Made by a program: the position numbers and the translations under genes
In this document: in pieces, positions 63,024 to 64,000 of the stretch
How the letters are laid out: each line of letters opens with the position of its first letter
Position numbering within the stretch: position 1 is the stretch's first letter
Source of the DNA: Asterias rubens
Lineage: Eukaryota
Assembly (NCBI RefSeq): GCF_902459465.1
Contig: NC_047069.1
Span: 11,718,001 to 11,782,000 of the forward strand
Length of the DNA stretch: 64,000 nt
Direction of reading: 5' to 3'
The notes under the pieces: model-generated
The model's database searches: none
Seen by the model: only the letters and a program-made list of their open reading frames with translations
What the model was told of the DNA's origin: nothing

Positions 63024-64000
63024 CTTAAACAGAAATTCAAGAAGAAAATATGAGTCGTACCCTTTTGCATTATGTGCAATTGCTATGGAGTTGTCAGTTT
63101 CCTTGGATTGAAACAACCATGCACAGAAGCTACTTTGTGTTTTGTCCCCCTTGAACATTTTCATAGAAACACAATGTTCGCATTTATATCCAGCAGGTTG
63201 ACCCGCACACAATTCACACACCACATCGGCTACACATAAATTAGGTACATGAGTCCCGCCAACCTGAGTACATTCAAAATCAAAAAATATATACCTGAGT
63301 GGTGTTTTAGATTTCTTTCTTTTGCTTGAATTTAGGGCTTGAGCCCTCTCATCAGTATCATCCATTTCATCGTGCGTAAACATATGCTGTTGAGAAACTG
63401 CAGGAACATTCAAAGTCTCGGTATGCGAATTTCTTGGTTTTTTTCTGTCAATGACTTTTATGTAACATTGGTGCTCAAATCCAACCATTTCCTTACAGGT
63501 GTTGCAATATTTTTTGATGCATGAATGTTTTCCTTGTTTAACTGACATGGCGACACTTATATACGCCTTACAAGTTTTACATCTATAATACAACTGACAC
63601 ACAGTTTTATTGCCTGTGTGTCTACTCTTATGATTAGCAAAACAGACAGGATTTTTAAAATTTCTATTACAAGTTTCACACTTTATCCACTTATTATTGT
63701 TAGCGTCTCCACAACCTTCAGAAAAACATACTTTACATGAAATATTACACACACGTGTGGGGACTGTCCCGTTTTACCCTTTATGACATGTGTCGCAGAA
63801 GTTGCTGCGATTAAGGAATCCCGACATTGATCTTATGACATCATAATGCCCTCTAGCTAAATGAAGGTAAATTGTCCGTGGTTTTTCGGGACCCTTAAAA
63901 ATTGTAGAGTAGCAATGCTCTCTGGAAAGAACAACTAATCTATAGTTCCCCATGACATCTCGGAATCGCTGTAGCTCTTCAATACCACCTAGCGTTCCTT
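63024..64000 (-). pseudogene. pPolB lineage A fragment 5 (vOTU His to ExoII), continues beyond the window
   Basis: Same sequence and same right-hand junction as fragments 2 and 3. Confidence 0.9.

Larger units (their letters stand above)
46900..64000 (-). mobile_element. Rearranged, amplified Polinton/Maverick (adintovirus-like) derived region, open at the right edge
   Basis: Multiple protein-primed PolB fragments with vOTU and ExoI/II/III motifs plus small virus-like genes, all on the minus strand. No integrase, capsid or TIR recognised in the window. Confidence 0.9.

Noticed and set aside
53346-63524. Short plus-strand ORFs repeated in each unit (MSPLISIIHF..., MSDRDGTSK...)
   Set aside because: Antisense shadows of the PolB frame, repeated only because the DNA is repeated.

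Overview
AT-rich animal genomic DNA; the repeat landscape suggests an invertebrate deuterostome such as a sea star, which is inference only. Bases 1-43,000 are mostly intronic/intergenic and dense with short non-autonomous transposons (TTAA-flanked Kolobok-type, CWG-flanked Harbinger-type, CACTG-type, CAGG-ended and tRNA-SINE-like). They contain two minus-strand coding exons of an inverted-formin (INF2-like) gene (28219-28744 and 18183-18298). From about 46,900 to the window end lies a shattered, amplified Polinton/Maverick (adintovirus-like) region in which every recognisable fragment is on the minus strand. It contains five partial copies of a protein-primed PolB (terminal-protein region, vOTU protease, Cys/His-rich module, 3'-5' exonuclease, never the polymerase core) in 1,837-bp units nested in a 7,351-bp higher-order repeat. 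It also holds decayed pieces of a second PolB lineage, two PC4-like genes, an SGNH-like fragment and orphan ORFs. A duplicated, intact, three-exon 188-aa gene with E1A-like features lies in the same region. No integrase, capsid, ATPase, adenain or terminal inverted repeat was recognised. All calls come from manual reading and translation; no searches were run.
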